The notes below the pieces were generated by a model. The model was given only the letters and a program-made list of their open reading frames with translations, made no database searches and was not told the DNA's origin. Source: Candidatus Falkowbacteria bacterium (lineage in GTDB: Bacteria; Patescibacteriota; Patescibacteriia; Patescibacteriales; GWE2-39-37). Taken from it: a stretch of 64,000 nt of DNA. Below, one piece after another: positions 1 to 9,868 of the stretch (positions are counted from its first letter, which is position 1; each line of letters opens with the position of its first letter). The position numbers and the translations under genes are program-made. The DNA lies in assembly GCA_013336275.1 (NCBI GenBank), contig JAAXUA010000001.1:206167-270166 (forward strand), written 5' to 3'.

Positions 1-434
1 AGGTTGTATTTGAAGCAGCGGATAGCGACGATAGTTTCGCGGATTGCCTCTTCGAGCCGGTCAACGCCGTTCTTGACGAACTCCGGGTAGAAGTTGGGTA
101 TGGCGTTATAGCCGCGCGCTATTGCCTTGCCGATGCCCTCGACGCACTCGTTAATCCCTGGGTTGGTCAGGCCGTAGGCATTGACCATCCCTCGGTCTTT
201 GATTCGGCGGATGTATTGGTAGGCTGTCCAGGGCTTGTGCATCACTACGTTGCCGACACGCTTGTTATAAGTGGCCGATTTGGTCAGGATAGCGGTTCTG
301 GTTTCGGGCAAGCTGCTCATGAGGTGGTTGTAGCCGGCGTCAAAAATGTAAGGGAACATGCCGCTGCCATAGTGCCCGCCGATAGTGGAAAGAACCACTG
401 AGGGAAGGATTTTGCCGTTCGGGAATCTGATCAT
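1..434 (-). CDS. Dihydroorotate dehydrogenase-like protein (5' part; runs off window edge)
   Basis: Manual translation, not in ORF track: MIRFPNGKILPSVVLSTIGGHYGSG...ILTKSATYNKRVGN...GMVNAYGLTNPGI..., matching DHODH motifs TKS.T...R.GN and M.NA.GL.NPG. SD-like AAGGAG upstream. Confidence 0.7.
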   Translation of the reverse strand, partial: MIRFPNGKILPSVVLSTIGGHYGSGMFPYIFDAGYNHLMSSLPETRTAILTKSATYNKRVGNVVMHKPWTAYQYIRRIKDRGMVNAYGLTNPGINECVEGIGKAIARGYNAIPNFYPEFVKNGVDRLEEAIRETIVAIRCFKYN

Positions 435-498
435 GTCTCTTCTCCTTTGCGAGGGTATATTCTGCCTTAAAGGCTTAAAAATGTGCGAAATTTAAATA

Positions 499-527
499 AA
501 TATAGTATAAAATAGCTGAAATAGCAA
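499..527 (-). promoter_or_regulatory. Putative sigma70 promoter for pyrD-like gene
   Basis: Minus strand TTGCTA-17nt-TATATT. Confidence 0.45.
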
Positions 528-644
528 GCAACGATACCAGTGGAATACCGGCCGATAAATGGACACTTAAGGCGATGCGTGATACAATTTTCGAAGAACG
601 CCCTGATCAGAGGCGGATTTTGTTTAATAAGCTAAAGAACGAAA

Positions 645-872
645 ATGAAAGTAATCTTACTTAGGGACATCAAGAATGTCGGTCGCAAGAACGAAGTCAA
701 AGAGGTTGCCCAAGGCTACGCAGTGAACTACTTGGTTCCAGCCGGCTTGGCCGATCTTTACAATACTGCCAAGCGCAACGAAGTCGAGACCAAGCAGAAG
801 GCGCAGGCGGCATCCAAGAAGCCAGCAGCGCCGAAAAAGGCTGGTCGCAAGGACAAGAAGAAAAAGAAGTAG
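645..872 (+). CDS. rplI: Ribosomal protein bL9, N-terminal domain only, with Lys-rich tail
   Basis: [36 protein letters not shown] is the L9 N-domain signature; 75 aa, no C-domain. Confidence 0.8.
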   Translation: MKVILLRDIKNVGRKNEVKEVAQGYAVNYLVPAGLADLYNTAKRNEVETKQKAQAASKKPAAPKKAGRKDKKKKK

Positions 873-895
873 ATTATAATTCTTTTTTAAAATAC

Positions 896-2554
896 ATGGC
901 GGAAAAAACCTCCAAAAAACCAACTAAGTACATCTTCGTGCTTGGCGGCGTGATGTCGGGCGTCGGCAAAGGCGTAACGGCCGCTTCGATCGGCCGCATC
1001 CTGATTGGCCGCGGCTTTAATGTCAGCGCTATCAAGATCGACCCTTATGTCAATGTCGATGCCGGGACGATGAACCCGACCGAACATGGCGAGGTTTTCG
1101 TGACTGAGGACGGCGACGAGACCGACCAGGACATCGGCAACTACGAGCGCTTTTTGAATAAGAACATCTATCGCGAGAACTACATGACCACCGGACGGGT
1201 CTACCTCTCGGTCATCAACCGCGAACGCAATCTGGAGTTCGGCGGCGCTTGCGTCCAAGTCGTACCGCATATCCCGTTGGAGGTCATCGACCGCATCAAG
1301 ATCGCCACCGAGAAAGCCAAGGCTGAAATCATGATCATCGAGATTGGCGGTACGGTCGGCGAGTATGAGAATATCCTGTTTTTGGAGGCCATCCGCCTTT
1401 TGAAGATCAAGAATCCGCTTGATGTCATGACCGTGATGGTCAGCTATGTTCCGGTCCCGGGCAAGGTCGGCGAGATGAAGACCAAGCCGACCCAGCACGC
1501 CGTCCGCACCGTCAACGGCGCAGGCATCCAACCGGATATTATCGTGGCTAGAAGCGAAGTGCCGATGGATCAGAAGCGCAAGGAGAAGATTTCCATGTTT
1601 TGCAACGTCTCCGAAGAATGCGTCATCAGCGCGCCGGACGTCGATTCGATTTACGACATACCGGTCAATTTCGAAAAAGATAACCTGGGCGATGTCGTCT
1701 TGAAGAAGCTCGGCTTGAAGACCAAGGGCAAAGACCTGGTCGATTGGCGCGCCATGCTGGAAAAGTACAAGAACGCCAAAAAAGAAGTGCGTATCGGCGT
1801 GGTCGGCAAATATTTCAAGACTGGGGATTTTAATCTCTCCGATTCCTACATTTCCGTGATCGAGGCCCTGAAGCACGGCGGCATGGCCAACGGCGTTAAA
1901 GTGAAACTCGACTGGATCGATACCGAAGACGTCGAGCAGAAGGGCACCGGTATCCTGAGGCAATACCATGGCATCGTCGTCCCGCAGGGCTGGGGTTCGC
2001 GAGGCGCCGAGGGCAAAATCAAGACCATCCAATACTGCCGCGAGAAAAAAGTGCCATATTTCGGACTTTGCTACGGCATGCAGATGGCAGTCATCGAATT
2101 TTCCCGTAACGTTCTCAAATACAAAGACGCCAACTCTGAAGAGGTCAATCCCAAGACGGCTCATCCGGTCATCCATTTGATGGAGGAGCAGAAGGAACTG
2201 ATTGCCAAGAAACAATACGGCGGCACGATTCGCCTGGGCGGCTGGCCCTGCAAACTAGTTAAGGGCACGCACCTAGCCAAGGCTTATGCCAAGAAGTTCG
2301 GCGAAGAAAATATCATCTCTGAGCGCCACCGTCACCGCTACGAATATAATAATGCCTACCGCGAGCAATTGGAAAAGGCCGGACTCAAGGTATCTGGCAC
2401 CTCGCCGGATAATAAGCTGGTAGAGGCCGTGGAAATCACTGATCACCCTTTCTTCATCGGCACCCAGTTCCATCCTGAATATATTTCACGGCCGCTTGAC
2501 CCTCACCCATTGTTCGTCGAGTTCGTGAAAGCCTGCTCCTCATTAAAAAAATAA
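896..2554 (+). CDS. pyrG: CTP synthase
   Basis: GGVMSGVGKG, KIDPYVNVDAGTMNPTEHGEVFV, KTKPTQH, GLCYGMQ, RHRHRYE, QFHPE. Confidence 0.98.
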   Translation: MAEKTSKKPTKYIFVLGGVMSGVGKGVTAASIGRILIGRGFNVSAIKIDPYVNVDAGTMNPTEHGEVFVTEDGDETDQDIGNYERFLNKNIYRENYMTTGRVYLSVINRERNLEFGGACVQVVPHIPLEVIDRIKIATEKAKAEIMIIEIGGTVGEYENILFLEAIRLLKIKNPLDVMTVMVSYVPVPGKVGEMKTKPTQHAVRTVNGAGIQPDIIVARSEVPMDQKRKEKISMFCNVSEECVISAPDVDSIYDIPVNFEKDNLGDVVLKKLGLKTKGKDLVDWRAMLEKYKNAKKEVRIGVVGKYFKTGDFNLSDSYISVIEALKHGGMANGVKVKLDWIDTEDVEQKGTGILRQYHGIVVPQGWGSRGAEGKIKTIQYCREKKVPYFGLCYGMQMAVIEFSRNVLKYKDANSEEVNPKTAHPVIHLMEEQKELIAKKQYGGTIRLGGWPCKLVKGTHLAKAYAKKFGEENIISERHRHRYEYNNAYREQLEKAGLKVSGTSPDNKLVEAVEITDHPFFIGTQFHPEYISRPLDPHPLFVEFVKACSSLKK

Positions 2555-2563
2555 TTCAAAAGT

Positions 2564-2803
2564 ATGACGATCGAACAGCCAGAAACACAACCGAATAATT
2601 TCGTCGAATTTGCCCAGACCCTTTCAGCGGCCGACAAGGCTCGCCTGGAATATATCCTTAATTTCATCGGCGAGACTGAAAAATCATTGGAAATGGCGGA
2701 CGACCAGCTGGCCGTAATCGAAGCTTTGAAGGAGGTCTTCCAAGCCGAGAGCGATCAGAAGGCTTCCAAGGTTGCTAAAGACGTTCTTGAGGAACTCCTT
2801 TAG
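2564..2803 (+). CDS. Hypothetical protein
   Basis: 79-aa ORF filling the pyrG-trxA gap with operon-like spacing. Confidence 0.65.
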   Translation: MTIEQPETQPNNFVEFAQTLSAADKARLEYILNFIGETEKSLEMADDQLAVIEALKEVFQAESDQKASKVAKDVLEELL

Positions 2804-2832
2804 TCGAATAACTTATAAATTAACCTATAACT

Positions 2833-3165
2833 ATGTCACACCCAATCATTTTGACGGATGAGAATTTCGAAACGGAAGTGATCAAATCAGAGCTGCCGGT
2901 TTTGGTTGATTTCTGGGCAGAGTGGTGCGGCCCTTGCCGCATGATGATCCCGGTCTTGGATGAGGTGGCGGAAAAATTTGTGGGCAAGATAAAGATTGCC
3001 AAACTCGATGTCAATGACGAAAAACATCAAGCTTTAGCGGAAAAATATCAGATTCAGGGTATTCCAGCCTTGAAAATATTCAAAGGCGGCGAGGTGGTAA
3101 AGGAGCTGGTCGGTTACCAGCCGACGGAGAGTTTGGAGAAAGAATTGGCCGCTTTTTCGGCCTAG
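2833..3165 (+). CDS. trxA: Thioredoxin
   Basis: VLVDFWAEWCGPC and cis-Pro GIP motif. Confidence 0.97.
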   Translation: MSHPIILTDENFETEVIKSELPVLVDFWAEWCGPCRMMIPVLDEVAEKFVGKIKIAKLDVNDEKHQALAEKYQIQGIPALKIFKGGEVVKELVGYQPTESLEKELAAFSA

Positions 3166-3260
3166 GCTTTATTTTTTAAGCTAAATTTGCTACAATAGTA
3201 GCATATTAATAACTAACTTGTTTTGAGCCAAACAAGGAGTTGGCACAAAATTGCAAACAC

Positions 3261-3422
3261 ATGGAAGCATACTGCGTAAAATGCAAGGCCAAGAGAGAGA
3301 TGATTGAGGCCGTAGAAGTCGAGATGAAGGGCAAAGGCGAAGTTAAGCGCCGCGCCATGAAGGGCAAATGTCCGACCTGCGGCACCGCTATGTTCCGCAT
3401 CCTGGGTAAAGCAGCTGCCTAA
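3261..3422 (+). CDS. DUF5679-like small zinc-ribbon protein
   Basis: MEAYCVKCKAKREM...KGKCPTCGTAMFRI, two CxxC pairs; ATG at 3261. Confidence 0.85.
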   Translation: MEAYCVKCKAKREMIEAVEVEMKGKGEVKRRAMKGKCPTCGTAMFRILGKAAA

Positions 3423-3442
3423 CCACTTTCGGATTACACATA

Positions 3443-3475
3443 AAAATCACCCCTTAGAAGGGGTGATTTTGTTTT
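3443..3475 (+). terminator. Rho-independent terminator
   Basis: aaaatcacccct-taga-aggggtgatttt followed by T-rich tract. Confidence 0.85.
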
Positions 3476-3518
3476 GTCTTAATGGTTAGTTAATGGTATA
3501 ATTATATAAATATAACAT

Positions 3519-3917
3519 ATGGCAAAATTCCTAATCATAGACGATAATATTGTCATGACCAGCGGTTTGCTGGCCAAGATGAGACTGGCGGGCCATGAGG
3601 CTGACGTTGTCGGAGAGTCTACCGTATCTGAGCCGGTCATCACCCTTGCCAGGGTGCGACAACCGGACATGATTGTCATTGACCCCACCCTGGACAGCAA
3701 TCGAGCCGGCTATGGTCTTATTTCAGATTTGAAGGCGCATCCCGAGACTAAAGACATCCTTATTGTGGCTTATTCCGATCTTCCTGACTTATCTTTGCGT
3801 GAACGCGTTCTCAATCTCGGAGCTAGCACCCACTATGACCGTTCGAGTATGTCGGCGGAGGAGTTGATCGGGCGATTAGAAAAAATCATTATAAACAAGC
3901 AAAAATATGACGCTTAA
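3519..3917 (+). CDS. Single-domain response regulator receiver (atypical)
   Basis: LIIDDN, PDMIVID, PETKDILIVAYS; conserved Lys not evident. Confidence 0.75.
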   Translation: MAKFLIIDDNIVMTSGLLAKMRLAGHEADVVGESTVSEPVITLARVRQPDMIVIDPTLDSNRAGYGLISDLKAHPETKDILIVAYSDLPDLSLRERVLNLGASTHYDRSSMSAEELIGRLEKIIINKQKYDA

Positions 3918-5910
3918 GGGCAAAAAACGCTACCTAGTCATTGCTGGGGTCATTCTTGCGGCCGGTGGCTTCTTTTACAACAGCTACAAGCAAGGAAACA
4001 AGGTCGAATACACGACCGCTGAGGCCAAACTTTCTCGAATCGTCCAGACCGTCAATGAGACTGGCACAGTCAAGACTGCCACTGAAATCAAATTGAATTT
4101 CTTGGCCAACGGCAAGATCGCTAAGATCGGAGCCAAGATCGGCGACAAGGTCAAGAAGGACCAAGTCTTGGCCGAGTTGGATTATTCCAACCTCCTGATC
4201 CAGCAGAAACAGGCTCAGGCGAATCTGGATGTCGCCAAGGCCAATCTTGCAAAAATCGCCAACGGCGCAACCGTTCAGGACGTCACCATCAGCCTCTCAA
4301 GCGTCAAGCAAGCCGAGACAGCCTATGTCAACGCCCAAGCTAACTATGAAAAGGTCAAAAAATCGACTGCCGAAGCTATCGTACAGGCCCAGAAGAACTT
4401 ATCTGACCTAGAGTCCAGCAACAAGGCCGCTTCGACTTATGGCCAGGCTATCCTGACGGCTCAGAACAATCTCGATAATACGAACCGGACTTATCTCCAA
4501 ACTATCTCCAATCGCCGGACTTCTCTCTTGAATTCGGCAGAGAATCAGATTGCCGCCGCCCAGGCTGCCCTGGACGCTGCTAATCGCGTTTTTACCGATG
4601 ACAATGCCAAAGACACCCTGAGCATCCAGGACGCCGGCCAGCTGATCAAAGCCAAGGCAAGCTATGATGCGGCTTTGATCTTAGTTGCCCCAGCTCGAGC
4701 TGATTTGGCTGATGGCAAGCGGACGGGGGCCAACAATGATGCCCTGACTGCGGCAAACTCGGTTCTTGGTCTCTTGAATGAGACCTTGGATGTGCTCAAC
4801 GCCACCTTCGCCGCCTTATCCAAGTCGGTCACCAGCTCCAAATTTTCCCAAGCCTCGCTTGATGCTTTCAAAACCAGCATCAGCGCTCAGAACACAGCGA
4901 TCAACGCCGGCATTTCCAGCATCAGCACGGCTGAGCAGAATCTCTCTGACACAGTATTAGCCTATAACACTAATCTTTCTTCGGCTCAGTCCAGTCTGGA
5001 TCAGGCCCAGGCCGCTTTCAACAATGCCTTGACCAACGCACGCAATGCCTTGACCAACGCACGGCTTTCCGGCGACCAACAGAATGCTAACGCCAAATCG
5101 CAAGTCGATGCGACCCTGACTTCCTACAAGCTGGCACAGGCCCAGTATAACAAAACGGTAGCACCCGCCAGGCCGGAAGATTTCAAGCTCTTCGAAGCCC
5201 AGGTCGCCCAGGCCAAGGCCAATCTCGATGCCTTGATCAACCAGGCCAACAATAGCATCATCAAGTCGCCGATCGATGGCGAAATCACCCAGGTCAACTA
5301 CGAAATCGGAGAAGAGCCCGGCGCTGCTAAGCCGGTTATGGCAATCCTGAGCCATGACAATTTTGAAATCGAACTAGATATCTCAGAGGCTGACATAGTT
5401 AAAGTGAAGCAGGGCAACCCTGCCAGCGTCACCTTCGATGCCTTGGGCGAGGCCGCTAAGTTCGCCGCCGACGTCACTTTCATCGAGCCGGCCCAGACGG
5501 TCATCCAGGAAGTCGTATACTACAAGTGCACCGTGAGCAATCTCCGCTCCCTCGATGCTGCTGGCGATCCTCTCGGCTCTACTGCCGGCACTTCCAGCGC
5601 ATCCACGACACCAGTAGCCCCTAGTACTTCGACCAGCAGCCCCTTGCGGCTAATCCGCCCAGGCATGACGGCCAATGTCAGCATCACCACCGCTATCAAG
5701 GACCAGGTTCTGATCGTGCCCAGCCGGGCGGTGATAGACAAAGGAAATAGCCAGAAGGTAGTCCGTCTGCTCGTCAACAACCAGTTCGTCGAGACTCCGG
5801 TCACTGTCGGTCTGCGCGGTGATGAAGGACTGACCGAAATCATTTCCGGACTGAAGCCGGGTGACTTGGCGATCACATCGATCAAGAACGCCCCCGCAGT
5901 TAACCAATAA
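3907..5910 (+). CDS. MacA/HlyD-like membrane fusion (adaptor) protein with long coiled coil
   Basis: N-terminal TM, lipoyl halves (GKIAKIGAKIGDKVKKDQVLAEL; IKSPIDGEIT), IRPGMTANV, C-terminal GLKPGD. Confidence 0.9.
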   Translation: MTLKGKKRYLVIAGVILAAGGFFYNSYKQGNKVEYTTAEAKLSRIVQTVNETGTVKTATEIKLNFLANGKIAKIGAKIGDKVKKDQVLAELDYSNLLIQQKQAQANLDVAKANLAKIANGATVQDVTISLSSVKQAETAYVNAQANYEKVKKSTAEAIVQAQKNLSDLESSNKAASTYGQAILTAQNNLDNTNRTYLQTISNRRTSLLNSAENQIAAAQAALDAANRVFTDDNAKDTLSIQDAGQLIKAKASYDAALILVAPARADLADGKRTGANNDALTAANSVLGLLNETLDVLNATFAALSKSVTSSKFSQASLDAFKTSISAQNTAINAGISSISTAEQNLSDTVLAYNTNLSSAQSSLDQAQAAFNNALTNARNALTNARLSGDQQNANAKSQVDATLTSYKLAQAQYNKTVAPARPEDFKLFEAQVAQAKANLDALINQANNSIIKSPIDGEITQVNYEIGEEPGAAKPVMAILSHDNFEIELDISEADIVKVKQGNPASVTFDALGEAAKFAADVTFIEPAQTVIQEVVYYKCTVSNLRSLDAAGDPLGSTAGTSSASTTPVAPSTSTSSPLRLIRPGMTANVSITTAIKDQVLIVPSRAVIDKGNSQKVVRLLVNNQFVETPVTVGLRGDEGLTEIISGLKPGDLAITSIKNAPAVNQ

Positions 5911-5911
5911 C

Positions 5912-5995
5912 ATGAGTATGATAATAATTTTCATCGCTTTGGCGGTCGTCACGGCTTTCATCATTGCGGCAATAGTCGAAAGCGAAAAAAAATAA
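5912..5995 (+). CDS. Putative 27-aa single-pass membrane microprotein
   Basis: MSMIIIFIALAVVTAFIIAAIVESEKK*; starts 1 nt after the adaptor stop, and its TAA overlaps the ATPase ATG (TAATG). Confidence 0.5.
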   Translation: MSMIIIFIALAVVTAFIIAAIVESEKK

Positions 5996-6708
5996 TGCTG
6001 ATCGAAATCAAAAATCTGCAAAAAGATTACGTTAGCGGCGAGGTGGTCACACCAGTGATCAGAGGCCTCAATTTCACCATTGACAAGGGGGAATTCGTCT
6101 CGATCATGGGACCGTCCGGTTCCGGCAAATCCACCCTGATGCATATTTTAGGCTTCTTGGACCGGCCCACCAACGGCACGTATTTTTTTAACGGGCGGAA
6201 CACGACCGAATTGGCTGATGATGAACTGGCCGCAATGCGCAACCGCCAGGTCGGCTTCGTTTTCCAGGCATTCAACCTGTTGCCGCGTACGACCGTGCTC
6301 GATAATGTCAAATTGCCCCTGATCTATTCATCGGACAAGGAGGATATCGAAAAGAAGGCTAGCGAGACCCTCAAGAGCGTAGGCCTCGGCCACCGCCTGA
6401 ATTATTTCACCAATCAGATCTCCGGAGGCGAGAAACAGCGCGTCGCCATCGCCCGCGCGCTGGTCAACGGCCCTTCAGTCATCTTCGCTGACGAACCCAC
6501 CGGCAACCTTGATTCCAAATCCGGCGTCCAGATCATGGCCATATTGCAGCGGCTTAACGACGCGGGGAACACCATCATATTGGTCACTCATGAAACCTAC
6601 ACTTCGGAACATGCCAAGCGCATCATCAAGATAATGGATGGCCAGATTACCAGCGACGAGCCGGTCCTGAACCGGCGTTTCGCTCAAGACGGCGAATTGC
6701 TGAAGTAG
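5995..6708 (+). CDS. ABC transporter ATP-binding protein (MacB/LolD family)
   Basis: GPSGSGKST, ISGGEKQRVAIARAL, IFADEPTGNLD, VTHE. Confidence 0.95.
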   Translation: MLIEIKNLQKDYVSGEVVTPVIRGLNFTIDKGEFVSIMGPSGSGKSTLMHILGFLDRPTNGTYFFNGRNTTELADDELAAMRNRQVGFVFQAFNLLPRTTVLDNVKLPLIYSSDKEDIEKKASETLKSVGLGHRLNYFTNQISGGEKQRVAIARALVNGPSVIFADEPTGNLDSKSGVQIMAILQRLNDAGNTIILVTHETYTSEHAKRIIKIMDGQITSDEPVLNRRFAQDGELLK

Positions 6709-6748
6709 TTCTTGTCGCTGGCATAGATCGCTAACAATCCACAAATCC

Positions 6749-8002
6749 ATGATTCATTCGGCTATACAGGCAGTTAAGACTTCGCTATCAGCACTCCGTG
6801 CCAACAAAGGACGGAGTCTTTTGACTATGCTCGGAATCATCATCGGTGTCGGCGCGGTCATAGTCATCATGTCGGTCGGCGCCGGAGCTCAAAGCTTGAT
6901 ACTCTCACAAATCAAAAGCCTAGGCTCCAATTTGATAGGCGTCTTGCCCGGCAAATCGGACAAGAATCAGCCGCCAGCCTCGGTTCTTGGCATCACTATC
7001 ACCACCCTGACTTATGACGATGCTCGCGCCATGCTCGACAAGTCGCGTTTTCCGCACATCATCAGCAATGTGGCTTACACCAAGGGTTATGGCACCCTCT
7101 CCTGGAATGCCAACACTTATGAGACCAACCTATCCGGCTCGACCGTCGGTTATCTCCAAACGGAAAACGGCGAAGTGGCCGAGGGGCGGTTTTTTACCGA
7201 GGACGAAGAGCGAAACCTCTCGCGTTATGTCGTTTTGGGAAGCACTGTTAAAAATGAGCTCTTCGCCGAATCGAACGCCGTCGGCCAGCGCATCAAGATC
7301 AATAAGAAAAGCTTTGAAGTTATCGGCGTCATGAAAGAGCGGGGAACCGTCGCCTTCCAGAATTACGACGACCAGGTGTTCATACCGATCTTGACGATGC
7401 AGAAGCTGGTTGCAGGCGTCGATAATCTGGGCTTGATCAGGGTCAAACTGGACGACCAGAACAATATCGATAGCACGATCGAAGACGTCACGCAGCTCCT
7501 GCGCGAACGTCACGGCATCAACGACTCCAGCGGCGATAGTGATGATTTTACCGTGCTTAATGCAGCCGAGGCTTTGGATCTTCTCAAGACCATAACCAAT
7601 GCTTTGAGGTATTTCTTGGCGGCCATTGCCGCCCTTTCGCTTGTTGTCGGCGGTATCGGCATAATGAATATCATGCTCGTGGCCGTCTCCGAGCGGACAC
7701 GAGAGATAGGCCTGCGCAAGGCCGTCGGTGCCACCAACTCGAATATCCAGATCCAGTTCCTGTTAGAAGCGGTCATCATAACTTTCTTGGGCGGCATCAT
7801 CGGCATCATCGGCGGCAGTGTTTTATCGTTTTTGATCGCGACCATCGCCCAGGCGCTGGGCTATGCCTGGGAGTTTTCAATCTCCTTAAGCTCAGTATTG
7901 CTTGCTGTTTTCGTTTCTATATCAATCGGTATCATTTTCGGACTTTTTCCGGCAATCAAAGCCAGTCGGCTGAACCCGATCGAGGCTTTGCGTTATGAAT
8001 AA
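6749..8002 (+). CDS. MacB/FtsX-type ABC permease
   Basis: RSLLTMLGIIIG, VGGIGIMNIMLVAVSERTREIGLRKAVGA, LNPIEALRYE. Confidence 0.95.
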   Translation: MIHSAIQAVKTSLSALRANKGRSLLTMLGIIIGVGAVIVIMSVGAGAQSLILSQIKSLGSNLIGVLPGKSDKNQPPASVLGITITTLTYDDARAMLDKSRFPHIISNVAYTKGYGTLSWNANTYETNLSGSTVGYLQTENGEVAEGRFFTEDEERNLSRYVVLGSTVKNELFAESNAVGQRIKINKKSFEVIGVMKERGTVAFQNYDDQVFIPILTMQKLVAGVDNLGLIRVKLDDQNNIDSTIEDVTQLLRERHGINDSSGDSDDFTVLNAAEALDLLKTITNALRYFLAAIAALSLVVGGIGIMNIMLVAVSERTREIGLRKAVGATNSNIQIQFLLEAVIITFLGGIIGIIGGSVLSFLIATIAQALGYAWEFSISLSSVLLAVFVSISIGIIFGLFPAIKASRLNPIEALRYE

Positions 8003-8005
8003 ACT

Positions 8006-9265
8006 ATGAAAATCGGCGCTGTCGTAAAACTATCCTTGAAATCCCTCATAGCCAACAAGATGCGGACGTTGTTGACGGTTTTGGGCATGGTTATCGGCAT
8101 CGCAGCGGTCATCATCGTCTTCAGCGCCGGCGAGGGAATCAAATCGTTGATTTTGGGCCAAGTCGAGGCTTTCGGCACCGACATCATCCAGACCGAGCCG
8201 CGCCTGCCTTCGAATAAATCGACTGCGTCCAAGGATGCCCAATCCGGCCAAGCCATTGCCCAGGGCGTCCAGCTGACATCGCTCAAGCTTTCGGATATGG
8301 ATGACATAGGCCGCCTGAGCAACATCAAGGGCAGCTATGCTACGTTGACCGGGCAAGCGCTGGCAAGCTACGAAGGCGAGACAAAGAAAGCAATCATTTT
8401 CGGCGTTAGCGCTTATTTCATAAACATCGGTTCGTTCGAACTATCAGAGGGCCGCTTCTATTCCGACGAGGAGGAGCGCAGCTTGTCCCAGGTCGCGGTC
8501 TTGGGCAGCAAGATGAAAGAGACCCTCTTCGGTGACTCCGAGGCCGTGGGCAAAATGGTGCGTTTGAAAAAGGAAAAATATCTGGTAGTTGGCGTCATGA
8601 AAGAGCGCGGGGCGACCGGGTTCATCAGTTTCGACGACTTCATCTATGTCCCGGCACGGACCATGCAGAAAAGGATTTTGGGCATCGACCACGTCGTTTC
8701 AGTTACCAGCCAGCTGCGCGACGTTTCCTTGGCCGAAGATACGGCTGAAGATATCAGGCAGATACTCCGCGAGAATCACCAGATTGAAAATCCGACCAAG
8801 GACGATTTCCGGGTCGCTACCATGGCCGAACTGATGGACACGCTCGGAACTATCACCGGAGCGATAACATTGCTTCTGCTGGCCATAGTCGGCATATCAT
8901 TGGTCGTCGGCGGCGTGGGCATCACCAATATCATGTATGTCATCGTCACTGAGCGCACCTCGGAAATAGGCCTGCGTAAGGCCGTCGGCGCCACTTACCG
9001 CGATGTCATGCTCCAATTCCTGATAGAGGCCGTACTCATAACATTGTTGGGCGGCGTAATCGGCATGATTGTCGGAATTTTCGTCTCTTTCGGTATCGCC
9101 ACGGTCGCCTCGAGCCTTTTGGGGTTAAGTTGGAAGTTCATCATGCCTATGAAGGGCTTTATCGTTGCAACTATCTTTTCCGTGTTTTTCGGCATCATTT
9201 TCGGTGTTTATCCGGCACGTAAGGCGGCTCGCCTTGACCCGATCGAGGCCTTGCGCTCCGAGTAA
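8006..9265 (+). CDS. MacB/FtsX-type ABC permease (second paralog)
   Basis: RTLLTVLGMVIG, ERTSEIGLRKAVGA, LDPIEALRSE. Confidence 0.95.
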   Translation: MKIGAVVKLSLKSLIANKMRTLLTVLGMVIGIAAVIIVFSAGEGIKSLILGQVEAFGTDIIQTEPRLPSNKSTASKDAQSGQAIAQGVQLTSLKLSDMDDIGRLSNIKGSYATLTGQALASYEGETKKAIIFGVSAYFINIGSFELSEGRFYSDEEERSLSQVAVLGSKMKETLFGDSEAVGKMVRLKKEKYLVVGVMKERGATGFISFDDFIYVPARTMQKRILGIDHVVSVTSQLRDVSLAEDTAEDIRQILRENHQIENPTKDDFRVATMAELMDTLGTITGAITLLLLAIVGISLVVGGVGITNIMYVIVTERTSEIGLRKAVGATYRDVMLQFLIEAVLITLLGGVIGMIVGIFVSFGIATVASSLLGLSWKFIMPMKGFIVATIFSVFFGIIFGVYPARKAARLDPIEALRSE

Positions 9266-9340
9266 GCGTTTTCTTGTGAAGCTAGGCTAGGCTTGGTATA
9301 ATAGTAAGCGTTCTAATCAGTTGTAAATCATAGAAAAAAC

Positions 9341-9865
9341 ATGAAAACTTGGATTTGCGAAATCTGCGGCGATGCCTATATAGGCGACGAGGCGCCGCAC
9401 AATTGTCCTTTTTGCGGTGCCAGGAAAGGTTTCATCAAGCCCGGAAACCAAGCCGATCCAGTTACTGAAAACCGCAGCGAGTTGTCAGAGGAGACCAAAG
9501 GTTTTTTGACCGAAACCCTGCGCCTTGAGGTCCATGCCAACGCCATCTACACTTGCATGGCGAATGCGGCGGATACTTATGAAATCAAGAAGATGTATAA
9601 ACGCCTAGCCAAAGTGGAACTGGAACATGCCACTATCTGTACCAAATTCCTTGGGATAGCTATGCCGGAAATAAAGCCGGAAAACTGTAGCGCTCAGGAT
9701 CTGGAAAATTTCAAGAAGACGATCGAACTGGAAGAGCATGCCGCGGGCCTTTATGCCGAGTTTGCAAAAAAATCCCCAGAGAAGCATATCAAGATCATGT
9801 TTACGGCCCTGAACCAGGTCGAGGCTGACCACATCGTGCTGATCAATAGCTATATTAAGCAATAA
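9341..9865 (+). CDS. Rubrerythrin-family protein (N-terminal rubredoxin-like + ferritin-like domain)
   Basis: WICEICG...CPFCG followed by ExxH motifs (ELEH, EADH). Confidence 0.85.
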   Translation: MKTWICEICGDAYIGDEAPHNCPFCGARKGFIKPGNQADPVTENRSELSEETKGFLTETLRLEVHANAIYTCMANAADTYEIKKMYKRLAKVELEHATICTKFLGIAMPEIKPENCSAQDLENFKKTIELEEHAAGLYAEFAKKSPEKHIKIMFTALNQVEADHIVLINSYIKQ

Positions 9866-9868
9866 CAA

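Noticed and set aside
216..401. 61-aa + strand ORF
   Set aside because: Antisense to the DHODH-like gene.
887..2215. 442-aa minus-strand ORF, and similar long antisense ORFs over serS, greA and others
   Set aside because: Shadows of well-identified + strand genes caused by codon bias; no motifs.
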